Below are positions 29,725 to 38,984 of a stretch of 64,000 bases of DNA, one piece after another (within the stretch, counting starts at the first letter, position 1; the number at the start of each line of letters is the position of its first letter). The position numbers and the translations under genes were made by a program. The notes beneath the pieces are model-generated. The model made no database searches. It saw nothing but the letters and a program-made list of their open reading frames with translations, and was not told the DNA's origin. The DNA is from a virus (lineage: Duplodnaviria > Heunggongvirae > Uroviricota > Caudoviricetes): the IMG/VR virus record IMGVR_UViG_3300037455_000372, positions 11,710 through 75,709 of that record. One strand, written 5' to 3'.

Positions 29725-30621
29725 TTAGCCGAGCACCGCATTGGCTTCAAGACCCATAGCCTCGACGATGGCAACAATGTCCTTGATTTCCGTATAGGCG
29801 GATTCAAGACGCACCTTGTCGCCACACTTGATGGCATCGACGGCTTCGGAACGCCACTTGAGGTACTTTTCCTTGAGACGGCGGAGGAAACCCGGCTTGG
29901 ACTTCAAGTCGCCATAGATGGACGGGTCATAGCCGTTAGCCATCAGCTTCTCAGCTTCGGCGGCATTGGCGTCATCTTCGGCCTTCATCTTGTTGTATTC
30001 GTCGCGGAATCCCATCTTCTTCTGGTCTTTCCAGAAGTTCTTCTCCTGTTCCTTGGCAGCCTTTGCGCCTTCCTTCTGGGCATCCTTTTCGGCGGCGGCA
30101 TTGGCCTTGGCTTCCTTGGCAGCCATATCATCCTTGATGTTCTGGATATCTGCAGCAGCCTTGCCAGAAACGGCATCCTTGAAGGCAGACTTCCAATCAG
30201 TGCCAGCAAGGTCGGCACCAGCGGAGAACTGCTTCTCGGCGGCCTTCTCGATTTCCGGGATGATGTTGCGTTCAAGATACTTCTGGGCGGCAACCGGGTT
30301 CTTACGAGCGTACTCGATAAAAGCCTTGCCAGCGTCCTGAATTTCTTGGAACGTCACGGTCTGACCCGGTTCCTCGGACTTGTTCACGCCAACGGTCGGC
30401 TCAGCAGTCTTGGTAGAAGGCTTGCTGAACGCATTGCCGGAGAACGAACGAGGAGCCGTGGCGGCCATAGACTTGTTGATGCCACCGAAGTCGCCGAACT
30501 CAAGCAAGGTGTCGAAAGCCGAGTTCACGTCGGCGGCGAAAGATTCCAGCATAGCCGGATGGTCCTTGTAAACAGCGGTAAGCTTGTCTACGGTTTCGTG
30601 GAAAAGATTCTGTGCATTCAT
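29725..30621 (-). CDS. Ala/Lys/Glu-rich hypothetical protein (298 aa), possible scaffold/internal protein
   Basis: low-complexity AKEAKANAAAEKDAQKEGAKAAKEQEK composition. Confidence 0.5.
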   Translation of the reverse strand: MNAQNLFHETVDKLTAVYKDHPAMLESFAADVNSAFDTLLEFGDFGGINKSMAATAPRSFSGNAFSKPSTKTAEPTVGVNKSEEPGQTVTFQEIQDAGKAFIEYARKNPVAAQKYLERNIIPEIEKAAEKQFSAGADLAGTDWKSAFKDAVSGKAAADIQNIKDDMAAKEAKANAAAEKDAQKEGAKAAKEQEKNFWKDQKKMGFRDEYNKMKAEDDANAAEAEKLMANGYDPSIYGDLKSKPGFLRRLKEKYLKWRSEAVDAIKCGDKVRLESAYTEIKDIVAIVEAMGLEANAVLG

Positions 30622-30676
30622 AGGTTAACCTTATAAAGAATTCTTTAACCCATAGTTTATCACAAGCACGAAAATC

Positions 30677-31135
30677 TTACTTGAGTTTTCCTTGATTCAG
30701 CTCGGCAAGTGCCATATCCCAAGCCTTGCTTTTCAGAATATCGTAGCTGTACGGCTTGTTGGCGGCTTCCTTCGCGGCGACCATCTGGTTGGTTATCTCG
30801 TCCACTCGATCTTGGAATTTCTGGTTCTGCCATAGGTTACGGTAAGTCTGACTGGTAACCGTGGTCTTGGCCTTCCCTCCGGTAGGCACCGACGACTTCA
30901 CCTTAGCCGCATCGGCATTGGTCGCACCAAAGGCGAGTGCTCCCACGGCGGCAAGCTTTCCGAACTTGCGAGCACCGGAGGCCAGCGCGTCGCCCAACCC
31001 TTCCTCAAGAGCGGACTCGTGGAGAACATTGAACGAGTCCTTCATAGCGGCCTTCAGCTCGTCAGAGGCTCCGCAGTTATCGATAGATTCAAAAAAGGCT
31101 TCCAGATTCCCCGGCATAGTAACACGCTCAAGCAT
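30677..31135 (-). CDS. hypothetical protein (152 aa)
   Basis: minus ORF directly downstream of tRNA-like segment. Confidence 0.5.
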   Translation of the reverse strand: MLERVTMPGNLEAFFESIDNCGASDELKAAMKDSFNVLHESALEEGLGDALASGARKFGKLAAVGALAFGATNADAAKVKSSVPTGGKAKTTVTSQTYRNLWQNQKFQDRVDEITNQMVAAKEAANKPYSYDILKSKAWDMALAELNQGKLK

Positions 31136-31156
31136 TTTCTACCAGTTTATCTAAAA

Positions 31157-31290
31157 GCCTTAAAAGGACAAGGTACGTTTGGTGATATACTCTACCAATT
31201 GAGCTACGCGCCCGGCGTCGACGCGACCGGATTCGAACCGGCAACCCTTCGTGTTTCAGACGATATCGGTTGTTTTGCTGTATGCACCTT
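31157..31290 (-). pseudogene. tRNA-like fragments (canonical 5' half GGGCGCGTAGCTCAATTGGTAGAGT; separate T-arm CCGGTTCGAATCCGG; Phe-like anticodon hairpin CUGAAAC) that do not fold into complete cloverleafs
   Basis: read directly; acceptor halves do not pair, so called degenerate or rearranged. Confidence 0.35.
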
Positions 31291-31345
31291 TACAATCGCC
31301 AGTCAAAAATATAGCAAAACTACAGCACAAAGTCAAGTTTTTTCA

Positions 31346-31582
31346 TTATTCCTCAAAAGGAACAACAATACACTCTTTTATGAACGCATTCTTGTTAATT
31401 AAATCCATAGACTGAGGACACATTCCACGGAAGAACTGTTCCGCCGTCTGGATCATCAACTCGGCAAGGTCCTTGTCTACAAACTGGGTAGCCTTGTCTT
31501 TGGTCGAGCCGAATGGGACCGGAAGGTCGTACTGGTCCTTGTTGTAGTACAATCCGTTCGTCTTGTGTAGAAGTACGTACAT
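31346..31582 (-). CDS. hypothetical protein (78 aa)
   Basis: minus ORF. Confidence 0.45.
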   Translation of the reverse strand: MYVLLHKTNGLYYNKDQYDLPVPFGSTKDKATQFVDKDLAELMIQTAEQFFRGMCPQSMDLINKNAFIKECIVVPFEE

Positions 31583-31595
31583 AATCTAAATGCCT

Positions 31596-32384
31596 TCATT
31601 TTGTCTTGGCTTTACCAGAAATGTCGAGCATCTGCATCAGCTTGTCATTCCCGGTAACCACTTCAGGCAGTTGGCCGTCCCACTTCTCGATGAACTTGAG
31701 CATAAGGTATTCGCTTCCGCTCTGCTGCTTGAGTGCGCTCATCTGGAGTGCAATAACCGTGGAGTCGGCACGGGCGCGAGCTACCTTCTGCTTGTTCTGT
31801 TCTTCCATCTGCTGGGTGATGTAGGTCTCCTTCTGTGCCTTCTGCTCCTGAACTTGCTTCTCTTCAACTGAAGCCTTGAACTCCTTGGAAAACTCGAATG
31901 ACGTGACAGCAAGGCCGTCAATGACGATAAATGCGTTGGCGGAGTCCAGCTTTGTTTTCAATGTAGTTCGCATACGGTCGCGGATTTCCTCGCGCTTCTG
32001 GAGCATATCTTCGGCCTTATACTGTGGAGTAACGCCAGTAATAGTCTCATTGATCTTCGGTACAAGGATATTGGCAACATACTCGATGCCGTAGTTCTTG
32101 TACACGGCATCCACCTTCATCGGATCGACGTGATAGTTCACCTGTGCGGTTACCGTAACCGTCTGAAGGTCATTAGAACCAGCATCAAGAGTCACTGTCT
32201 TGAGTTCGGTACGGATTGGGAACTTTACGACCTCGTCCGTGACAGGGTTGATTGCGTGCATACCCGGTCCGAGAGTTTCGGAGTATTTACCCCAAGAAAG
32301 GACGACACCACGTTCGGTTTCGTCGATGACAGAGCAACCCACGAAGAACATCGCGAGCATAAGAATAGATAGTAACTTTTTCAT
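31596..32384 (-). CDS. SPFH/band-7 (HflC/prohibitin-like) domain lipoprotein
   Basis: MKKLLSILMLAMFFVGCS lipobox; ERGVVLSWGKY...LGPGMH and following block mirror the HflK/C ERGVV..FGK...PGLHF pattern; coiled-coil Gln/Glu-rich tail. Confidence 0.65.
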   Translation of the reverse strand: MKKLLSILMLAMFFVGCSVIDETERGVVLSWGKYSETLGPGMHAINPVTDEVVKFPIRTELKTVTLDAGSNDLQTVTVTAQVNYHVDPMKVDAVYKNYGIEYVANILVPKINETITGVTPQYKAEDMLQKREEIRDRMRTTLKTKLDSANAFIVIDGLAVTSFEFSKEFKASVEEKQVQEQKAQKETYITQQMEEQNKQKVARARADSTVIALQMSALKQQSGSEYLMLKFIEKWDGQLPEVVTGNDKLMQMLDISGKAKTK

Positions 32385-32402
32385 AGTTATCTCCTTGTTT
32401 AG

Positions 32403-33365
32403 TTAAGCGTCGTGCAAGGCGGCGTCAAGATGGGCGACCGCCTTCAAAAAATTAACGATCTTGTATTCAGAATCCGGATTGCAATGGAAATCGCACGAGA
32501 ATTCCGGATAATTGATACTGACTTGGCTGTCCGGTGCCAAACACGGCATAATATTGAATGTTAGATTAAACCGCTTATCGAAAAACCTGAGCGTTGCAGT
32601 CGGTTCTCTGTACACTACCCAGCTGGTACTATTTCCAAGGTCGATCTGCTTGCTGAACTCAGCTTGGTGGTTGTAGGTGCGTATCTGCCGCTCGACCACA
32701 ATCTTGATTTCATCGGCTACCTTGATCTGGTTTTCCAACTTCTTCTTGGCTCGTGCCTCCGACTTGAGACACCGGTCTAGGATTTCGGCGACGGCTTTAA
32801 CCGAGTCGGCTTCATCGTTGAATCGACTTTTGTTAAGCTTGCGCTTGATAGCACCGAGTGAGAGCAAGTCGATCTGCTTGTCACTTCCATTGCTAGTGTC
32901 CGAACCGTCCAAGCGGATGTGGACTCTCTTGGTGAACCGGTTATTGAGAAAGTCGTCCGGCTTATTACATCCGTTGACCAGTCCTAAAAAGAAACGGTGA
33001 AGCAGCTCGTTACTAGAACGACTCAAGAAGAACGGAACCAATTCTTGAGACGTGATGTAACAGTTGTCCACGTTCTTTACCACCGGGAGTGTCTTTGCCA
33101 CATAGAAAATAGACGACTGCAAGTCGTTAAGGAACTTGTCGTTGGTCTGCTTCCCCAAATTGTCACGGAAGAGCGTGGCGCGGAAAATCGAGTAACCAGA
33201 ATCGGTTACCATAAGACGGTCAATTACAAGCTGGTAATAAACATCGAATTTCTTGTTGCCGAAGTAACTGACATAGCAAACCGAAGTAAGCGGATAATCG
33301 CGTTCTGGAATCATACAACCCTCTACAAATTCTCGCACTGGTCTTCTTCGCAGCCGACTTCCCAT
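32403..33365 (-). CDS. hypothetical protein (320 aa)
   Basis: minus ORF. Confidence 0.5.
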   Translation of the reverse strand: MGSRLRRRPVREFVEGCMIPERDYPLTSVCYVSYFGNKKFDVYYQLVIDRLMVTDSGYSIFRATLFRDNLGKQTNDKFLNDLQSSIFYVAKTLPVVKNVDNCYITSQELVPFFLSRSSNELLHRFFLGLVNGCNKPDDFLNNRFTKRVHIRLDGSDTSNGSDKQIDLLSLGAIKRKLNKSRFNDEADSVKAVAEILDRCLKSEARAKKKLENQIKVADEIKIVVERQIRTYNHQAEFSKQIDLGNSTSWVVYREPTATLRFFDKRFNLTFNIMPCLAPDSQVSINYPEFSCDFHCNPDSEYKIVNFLKAVAHLDAALHDA

Positions 33366-33703
33366 TCAGAGCACATCACGCCGTGCTCCTTGAACCACTG
33401 GGCAACAATCTGACGATGGCAGAACTCGCCTTTAGGCTCGTAGCAAAGGAGAATCTTGTTGTCAAGCTCCTTGGCAAGCTCACGGGCGTCCATATGGTCG
33501 AGAACATCCTTGCGGAAGTCCTTCTCGAACTTTATCCGGTCGATAATTCCACGCTTGTAACACTCTACCAGACACATCGGAGGAGCCAGACGAATTTCAC
33601 GCGGACCGACGAACGCCGGGTGCGTGTGCTGCGCGATGGAAACCAGACGGTCGGCAAGTTCCGGATATTTCAAGACGGTATCGTAGTTGCTTGTATAAAT
33701 CAT
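33323..33703 (-). CDS. hypothetical Cys-rich protein (126 aa)
   Basis: minus ORF. Confidence 0.45.
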   Translation of the reverse strand: MIYTSNYDTVLKYPELADRLVSIAQHTHPAFVGPREIRLAPPMCLVECYKRGIIDRIKFEKDFRKDVLDHMDARELAKELDNKILLCYEPKGEFCHRQIVAQWFKEHGVMCSEWEVGCEEDQCENL

Positions 33704-34959
33704 ACGTTCTTCGGTACAGCTATAAGGTGTTCGGGGTCATTCACAAAGTCGAAGATGTAGTTCGTCATCTGTTCGACCTCGTTGGACTTAAACTCGGCCT
33801 TGGCAAACGAACCGTAAACCGCGTCAGTCTTTCGCTCGCCTACGCAGATACCGAACGCGTGAATCTTCTCACCCGGCTTAGCGGACAAGATCTGTGTCGC
33901 GACAATACGCTTGTTGGTGACCGTCGGAACGATGTTATACACTTCCAGCACGTTGTACGCCGAATCCGGGTTCATCTGCAGACCGAGTAAGTCGGTAGAC
34001 TGTGCGAAGTCCTCGTTCGCAAAGATGTGGAAGCTGTTCGTCGACGCGATAATCTGGATTCCACGAGTCGCGGCCAGCCTTATCAGCTGAGGCATCTGCG
34101 ACTGTGTCACACAGTGCATATGCAAGTCGATGTCGTCGACAATAATCACGCCCGGCCTACCGGCAATGCATATAGCCAGCATCAGCATAGCGAAATCGCC
34201 AGCAGACGGCTTGTGGACAATACGCTTGCCTTCTTCATCGCGGATAAACACGTCCTGAATGCGGTAGTCGACCGTCTCGGAAATATAGGGGTCGCGATAG
34301 AACCGCTGGAAGTATTTGGCGTCGACATTGGGTTCCTTGCCGTCCTCCCAAGTGTAATCCCACATATTCGACTTCTCGCCGTACATATAGGGAACATTTG
34401 CGATAAGGTTCACCAATTCCCAATTTGGCCTACGCGTATCGATAAGCTCTTCGAGGATAGACGGGTATGAATACTTCTCTTGCAATGTACGGTCGCCGCC
34501 AAGAGCCAATTCCGGTCTGCCAAAACGGTACGACGGCAACATACATACGTTCAAATCGGCAACCATCAGTTCATCGTGGTGATACTCCTTGCTAGAATCC
34601 TCACAACGGCTCTCGAAAATAATCGAGCCGTTCGAGTTATCGATAGCAGAGACCCAATAATGGTACTGGTCTAAATAAATCACCTTAATCGAGTTATTGA
34701 AGGTCTCCAGCGTAAATTCGTCAAACGGCTTTAGGTTATGCCCAAAATAGAACGGACACTCGCTCAACACCCCAATATTGCCGTGCTGTACAATGTCAGC
34801 AGCGAGCCGCAACAAGGTCAGAAGCAAGCTCTTGCCGCTACCAGTCGGTCCGGTTATGTAAGGCTTCTCAAGGAACTCGACGTGGTAATTGTACTGTCCG
34901 AGAAAGTTCTTGACATCGAACGACTTGATCCATCTATCTACACTTGCTGCTGGGGTCAT
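33700..34959 (-). CDS. AAA-family ATPase (ABC/RecF-like; possible OLD-family nuclease ATPase)
   Basis: Walker A GPTGSGKS, Walker B/D-loop VIIVDDIDLHMH. Confidence 0.6.
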   Translation of the reverse strand: MTPAASVDRWIKSFDVKNFLGQYNYHVEFLEKPYITGPTGSGKSLLLTLLRLAADIVQHGNIGVLSECPFYFGHNLKPFDEFTLETFNNSIKVIYLDQYHYWVSAIDNSNGSIIFESRCEDSSKEYHHDELMVADLNVCMLPSYRFGRPELALGGDRTLQEKYSYPSILEELIDTRRPNWELVNLIANVPYMYGEKSNMWDYTWEDGKEPNVDAKYFQRFYRDPYISETVDYRIQDVFIRDEEGKRIVHKPSAGDFAMLMLAICIAGRPGVIIVDDIDLHMHCVTQSQMPQLIRLAATRGIQIIASTNSFHIFANEDFAQSTDLLGLQMNPDSAYNVLEVYNIVPTVTNKRIVATQILSAKPGEKIHAFGICVGERKTDAVYGSFAKAEFKSNEVEQMTNYIFDFVNDPEHLIAVPKNV

Positions 34960-34961
34960 AA

Positions 34962-35663
34962 TTACTGCCTATAATCCTTCACATCTACAAAGTCGCGAAC
35001 CTTCACCTTGCAGATAACACGGTCTCCATTATTCGTAAACAGCTCGACGCGAGGACGCAATACCAATCCTTCCATTCGGTGGGTCGGGTCGAGCCAAGAA
35101 TAAGGACGGCTCTGGACAAACTCGATAGCGTCCAAGAACGGCATCAGCTCCTCGTGCGGACACATCATACCGAACTTTTTGGACACGTTATGGACCGGAT
35201 CACGGTTCCAGAACTTGCCGTCACAACAGATATCGTACATAATGAACTCGCCGTCCGGATATCCGTAATGATGGTTGTAGTCCTTGGAAACGCCTTCGCC
35301 GAAGATAAACGCCGGCTGTTCGCCGAACACTTCTTCGAGAACGGACTCAAATTGCGGAGTTCCGAACCGCTCGTTCAAGTAAGCCAGATAGCGTGGACAG
35401 AATGTCGACTTGTCGGTATGCCCGACGAAGCTGACACGGTCGCCATCCCACTTAATGCCGACGTTGGTGCCGTCAATCTTCTCGGACGCATACATCAATA
35501 CATTCTCTTCATAGAAGATTGGCATCCACGGCTTTGCGTAAATCGTTTTATCTACCAGACGGTCGTCGGGACACTTACGACCGAACGGTGCCGAAATTTT
35601 TCCATAATAATGTGCCATAATTAAAAACTCTGCGTAACTACGTTGAAGTTGATCTCGAACCAA
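34962..35663 (-). CDS. ATP-dependent RNA ligase, Rnl2-like (nucleotidyltransferase superfamily)
   Basis: adenylylation motif I KIDGTNVGI; size ~230 aa; alternative start ATG 35618 just after upstream stop. Confidence 0.55.
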   Translation of the reverse strand: MVRDQLQRSYAEFLIMAHYYGKISAPFGRKCPDDRLVDKTIYAKPWMPIFYEENVLMYASEKIDGTNVGIKWDGDRVSFVGHTDKSTFCPRYLAYLNERFGTPQFESVLEEVFGEQPAFIFGEGVSKDYNHHYGYPDGEFIMYDICCDGKFWNRDPVHNVSKKFGMMCPHEELMPFLDAIEFVQSRPYSWLDPTHRMEGLVLRPRVELFTNNGDRVICKVKVRDFVDVKDYRQ

Positions 35664-36133
35664 GGCTTGTTCTGGTTATCCAATGCCAGCTTCACCTCGA
35701 TACAAGGACTGTTAATAAATATCGGAACCGACTTATCTTCAGGATCGTTGTTATCACTGAACTTGAGAACTGCGTGGTAGATTCCTTCGGTAGACATAAC
35801 CGATTTGAACGCCTTGCAGTAGTCGTCGTAAATCACAAATTCCGGCGTGTCGGAATCCATCTCGTAGCCAAGCTCGTACAACGCAATAAGAACCGAGCAG
35901 ACGTGCTCCACTTCCTGAGCCAGCTCGGCTCCGCGAACTGGAGACTTGTCTGAATCGTCATAGCCGCTGTTAACAAACCCAAGCCGTCCAGCAGAGAAGG
36001 CCACCGCGTCAAAATCGAACGCAACCAGCGACTCGTGGACGATGTCGTGCCATTCGCGCCAATCAATCTTGTAATTCAGCACGTCATCGCGAGTCAGCAC
36101 GCGAGACGCTTTTCGTCGTAAGTTTTTTGCCAT
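35621..36133 (-). CDS. hypothetical protein (start MAKNLRRK)
   Basis: promoter motif 36139-36149 immediately upstream of ATG 36133; listed ORF start lies beyond the promoter. Confidence 0.5.
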   Translation of the reverse strand: MAKNLRRKASRVLTRDDVLNYKIDWREWHDIVHESLVAFDFDAVAFSAGRLGFVNSGYDDSDKSPVRGAELAQEVEHVCSVLIALYELGYEMDSDTPEFVIYDDYCKAFKSVMSTEGIYHAVLKFSDNNDPEDKSVPIFINSPCIEVKLALDNQNKPWFEINFNVVTQSF

Positions 36134-36168
36134 ATGGCAAATATAGCAATCTGAAACCAAAAATGCAA

Positions 36169-36372
36169 TTAGTTTTCGAACACCGTCTTATGGCCGTCTT
36201 GAAACCGCATAGCGGTGCAGTGGGCGTCAATGGTCTTCTTGGTATAGTCATACCGCATCCACACCTCGACATACTCGCCAAGGTGGAGACCGGGCGAGAC
36301 ACGCGCAACATAGTGTACCGGATTGCCGCGCTCGTCAAGCTCCGGCTTCATCTGCAAATCAATAGTTTCCAT
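36169..36372 (-). CDS. hypothetical protein (67 aa, start METIDLQ)
   Basis: promoter motif 36378-36388 directly upstream. Confidence 0.45.
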   Translation of the reverse strand: METIDLQMKPELDERGNPVHYVARVSPGLHLGEYVEVWMRYDYTKKTIDAHCTAMRFQDGHKTVFEN

Positions 36373-36439
36373 ACCCAAAATATAGCAAAAGGCGGCCCCG
36401 ACCGCAAGTCGGAACCGCCCGGAATTAAGGTAAACGCGG

Positions 36440-36625
36440 TCAGTCGTCGTACCAGTAAGTCGAATCCTTGAGGAACTTGTTGATACGCTGTTCGCGCTGG
36501 ATGGCCTTCTTGTCGACCCCGACGACCTTTGCGAACGACTTTGCAGCCTTCAGCTGCTTTGCCCAACGGGCTTCCTTTTGCTCCGGCGTTTCATCCGACT
36601 GAAATATGTGTTTCTTATTCTTCAT
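36440..36625 (-). CDS. hypothetical basic protein (61 aa)
   Basis: minus ORF. Confidence 0.4.
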   Translation of the reverse strand: MKNKKHIFQSDETPEQKEARWAKQLKAAKSFAKVVGVDKKAIQREQRINKFLKDSTYWYDD

Positions 36626-36648
36626 ATTTTACTTGCCTCTAAAAACTA

Positions 36649-36721
36649 AGCTGGTGATAGGACTCGAACCCACAACGTCTTGTGTACAAAACAAGCATTC
36701 TACCAATTGAATTACACCAGC
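36649..36721 (-). tRNA. tRNA-Thr (anticodon TGT)
   Basis: acceptor GCTGGTG/CACCAGC, anticodon arm CTTGT-TTTGTAC-ACAAG, T-arm GTGGG-TTCGAGT-CCTAT. Confidence 0.7.
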
Positions 36722-36900
36722 GGATCCGGTTTTACCTTACGGCTTTGAAATTCCCCAAGACCGGAAACTTGTCGCACAGCTACGACTGGGTCACCCCAGC
36801 TCCTTTCGGATTGCGCCGCTCTTTGTTGGGGCGTACAGTTTGCACGCCGCTCACGGATTTTAACCCGGTGTCGCTTCTACCAATGCGGGGTCATACGATG
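36722..36900 (-). ncRNA. structured non-coding segment abutting the 5' side of tRNA-Thr
   Basis: multiple perfect hairpins (TCCGGT..ACCGGA; GGCGT-ACAGTTTGC-ACGCC; CGGGTTAAAATCCG) and no credible ORF (the 80-aa + ORF 36682..36924 overlaps the tRNA). Confidence 0.3.
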
Positions 36901-36937
36901 CGTCCTAGAAACGCCACCTCTTAAACCTCAAATCCCA

Positions 36938-37228
36938 TCATCCTTCCTTCTGCGGACCCGCCAGATGGTGCCGCTCGTGTTCTGCCCGTTCGACATACAT
37001 CCCCAAGTCCTTCAACTTCTGGACAAGCCCAGTGAAACTGACTTCTATCTTCGTACCGTCTGGCCGCTCGATTTCCGCCGTCTCCGCCTTGAAATTATAT
37101 CTAATCCAAGTCGTGGCGAACGTGAACGGGTCTACATATTTCGATGTCTCCAGATCAAAGGCGTGGAACCCTTGGAGGAAACCTTCAACGTAGCGAAATT
37201 TCCAGATGGCAAACGACGATATTTCCAT
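36938..37228 (-). CDS. hypothetical protein (96 aa)
   Basis: minus ORF. Confidence 0.45.
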   Translation of the reverse strand: MEISSFAIWKFRYVEGFLQGFHAFDLETSKYVDPFTFATTWIRYNFKAETAEIERPDGTKIEVSFTGLVQKLKDLGMYVERAEHERHHLAGPQKEG

Positions 37229-37245
37229 AGCTAATAGCCAGTTTA

Positions 37246-37848
37246 TCAGTTCCCCTCGATAGAACCGGTCGAATTAGCCACCATAGCGAGCGCGGCGTTG
37301 TACAGTAGGACATCCGACTGGTATTCCGCTTCCGGAATCGGTTCCAAGACCTTGGTCATCCACGGTTGTTCATTATCCGGTCGCACGTCGTACACAAGGG
37401 AACGGAAGAACGATTCCAGTCCGTTGTTCTGGAATGAACTGGTTGTCTCTATCCAGCGGTCACTAACGTCGCCTTCGCCATCTTGACTGATTTCCACACT
37501 CGCCGTCCACGTCATCTTGATGGACTTCACTTCGGGAAGGCCGACCATCTTATAGATGATGTTCAGCCACTTTATAATGCGTTTCTGCTCGCTATGAGAC
37601 GGAATCGCTACTCTTGGGTCTTCGCCGTCAGCCGTCATACCAAGGCAGAGCACGATGAAATCGATGAATTTCTCCGGACACGGAGAAAAGTCGATATATC
37701 CGTTCTCGTCACGAGGAACATCAAGATGGATTACGCCATCCGCGTCAGGAACGGGGAACTCCTCGATGGGACGAAGCTTGTTGCCGAGAGTCAAGACGTG
37801 GCTGCTGCTAGAATTGGTCTCGAAAGTTCCGTTACGATAAGTTTCCAT
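37246..37848 (-). CDS. paralog family 2 protein (N-term METYRNGTFETNSSSSH)
   Basis: shares N-terminal METxRxGxFETNSSS signature with 37852..38292 and 40472..41071. Confidence 0.55.
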   Translation of the reverse strand: METYRNGTFETNSSSSHVLTLGNKLRPIEEFPVPDADGVIHLDVPRDENGYIDFSPCPEKFIDFIVLCLGMTADGEDPRVAIPSHSEQKRIIKWLNIIYKMVGLPEVKSIKMTWTASVEISQDGEGDVSDRWIETTSSFQNNGLESFFRSLVYDVRPDNEQPWMTKVLEPIPEAEYQSDVLLYNAALAMVANSTGSIEGN

Positions 37849-37851
37849 ACA

Positions 37852-38292
37852 CTAACACTCCTTTTCGAATGCGATACCGACCGTATCGCCGTACTGGACG
37901 AAGGAACCGCCGACGAGATCTTCGGTCGGCATCGAGTTCTCGTAGAACGCTTCGTCCAATGCGTCCCACTCGGCTTGTTCGACACTAGGATATGCCTCGG
38001 CCAGTTCGGAAATATTCTTACCCTCGGCAAGCTGTGGAATGATAGCCGCCAAGTGCGCTCTCGTCAAAGCAGACGCGTGCTGTTTAAAGCTCGACCAGAC
38101 TTCTTCCACAGCTTCCTCGCCACAGAGCACTGCACCTAGGCCAGCATCGTACTCGGATCCGTGACGAGTCCACTTGACGACGAAGTATTTAGGCCAGCCT
38201 TTTCCGTCGCCATACAACTTGGCCGCCATCAGCACGAACGCGTGACAGCTGCTGGAATTGGTCTCGAATGTTCCCACCCTCATTGTTTCCAT
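37852..38292 (-). CDS. paralog family 2 protein (N-term METMRVGTFETNSSSCH)
   Basis: same signature. Confidence 0.55.
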   Translation of the reverse strand: METMRVGTFETNSSSCHAFVLMAAKLYGDGKGWPKYFVVKWTRHGSEYDAGLGAVLCGEEAVEEVWSSFKQHASALTRAHLAAIIPQLAEGKNISELAEAYPSVEQAEWDALDEAFYENSMPTEDLVGGSFVQYGDTVGIAFEKEC

Positions 38293-38306
38293 ACGTTACC
38301 CCATCG

Positions 38307-38984
38307 TTAACCCATATCGGCACCCTTATAAGACGGTATCACATAACCGTCGTTAGGATTGACAAAAAGCTTCTTTTCCCCATTAAGCGTCTTCTTCACA
38401 AGGTCAACCGCATCGGCCTTATTGATCACGCAAGGATTCTTCTTGTGAGTAGCCCAAGAATAGCAACGGTCACGCGTCTGGTCATCGTTAATGAACACAT
38501 AGCGATGGCCGAAATCGTCTACGTGTACCGTCGACTTGAATGACTGCACCCATTCACGGTTGTGTTCAACCGTAAACGGATTGTCACACAATACGTAGAC
38601 GTTCCACAAGATGTCACCTTCATTCATCTGGTTCTCGTCCAGTCGGTTCAAGTCAGTCTGGAAGATGATTTTCCCAGCCGGAGGAGTAGATGCGGACTTG
38701 GCACGGCCTTTCTTCACGTCGAAATCCGCAGGGACGATGTCCAAGAAGATGTTCAAGTTCACGCAGCCATATCGTGCGATAAGCGTAGATTGGTTCTGGT
38801 TAACCTTGTCAGCTTGCAAAAGCATCTGTCGTAAGTCTTCGGCGGAGTATTCCTTGCCGCCGACGGAAACCTTTGAACCGAAGTCCAACGTGGCCACATA
38901 GGCTACGTAACGATTATACTCGTGGTCGGCCACGATAGTATAAGTACGGTTAGGAACTGGATAAGAAGTGTTAATCGCGTACAT
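38307..38984 (-). CDS. hypothetical protein (225 aa)
   Basis: minus ORF. Confidence 0.5.
   Translation of the reverse strand: MYAINTSYPVPNRTYTIVADHEYNRYVAYVATLDFGSKVSVGGKEYSAEDLRQMLLQADKVNQNQSTLIARYGCVNLNIFLDIVPADFDVKKGRAKSASTPPAGKIIFQTDLNRLDENQMNEGDILWNVYVLCDNPFTVEHNREWVQSFKSTVHVDDFGHRYVFINDDQTRDRCYSWATHKKNPCVINKADAVDLVKKTLNGEKKLFVNPNDGYVIPSYKGADMG

Noticed and set aside
29671-30636. 321-aa plus-strand ORF
   Set aside because: Antisense to the Ala/Lys-rich minus gene 29725..30621; its own Gly/Leu-rich translation mirrors that gene's codon repeats.
36682-36924. 80-aa plus-strand ORF
   Set aside because: Overlaps tRNA-Thr and the hairpin-rich spacer on the opposite strand; the Pro/Arg-rich translation is typical of a spurious frame.
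36938-37234. plus-strand ORF 36965..37234 versus minus-strand ORF 36938..37228
   Set aside because: The minus ORF fits the surrounding minus-strand operon and is kept at low confidence; the + ORF is treated as its shadow.
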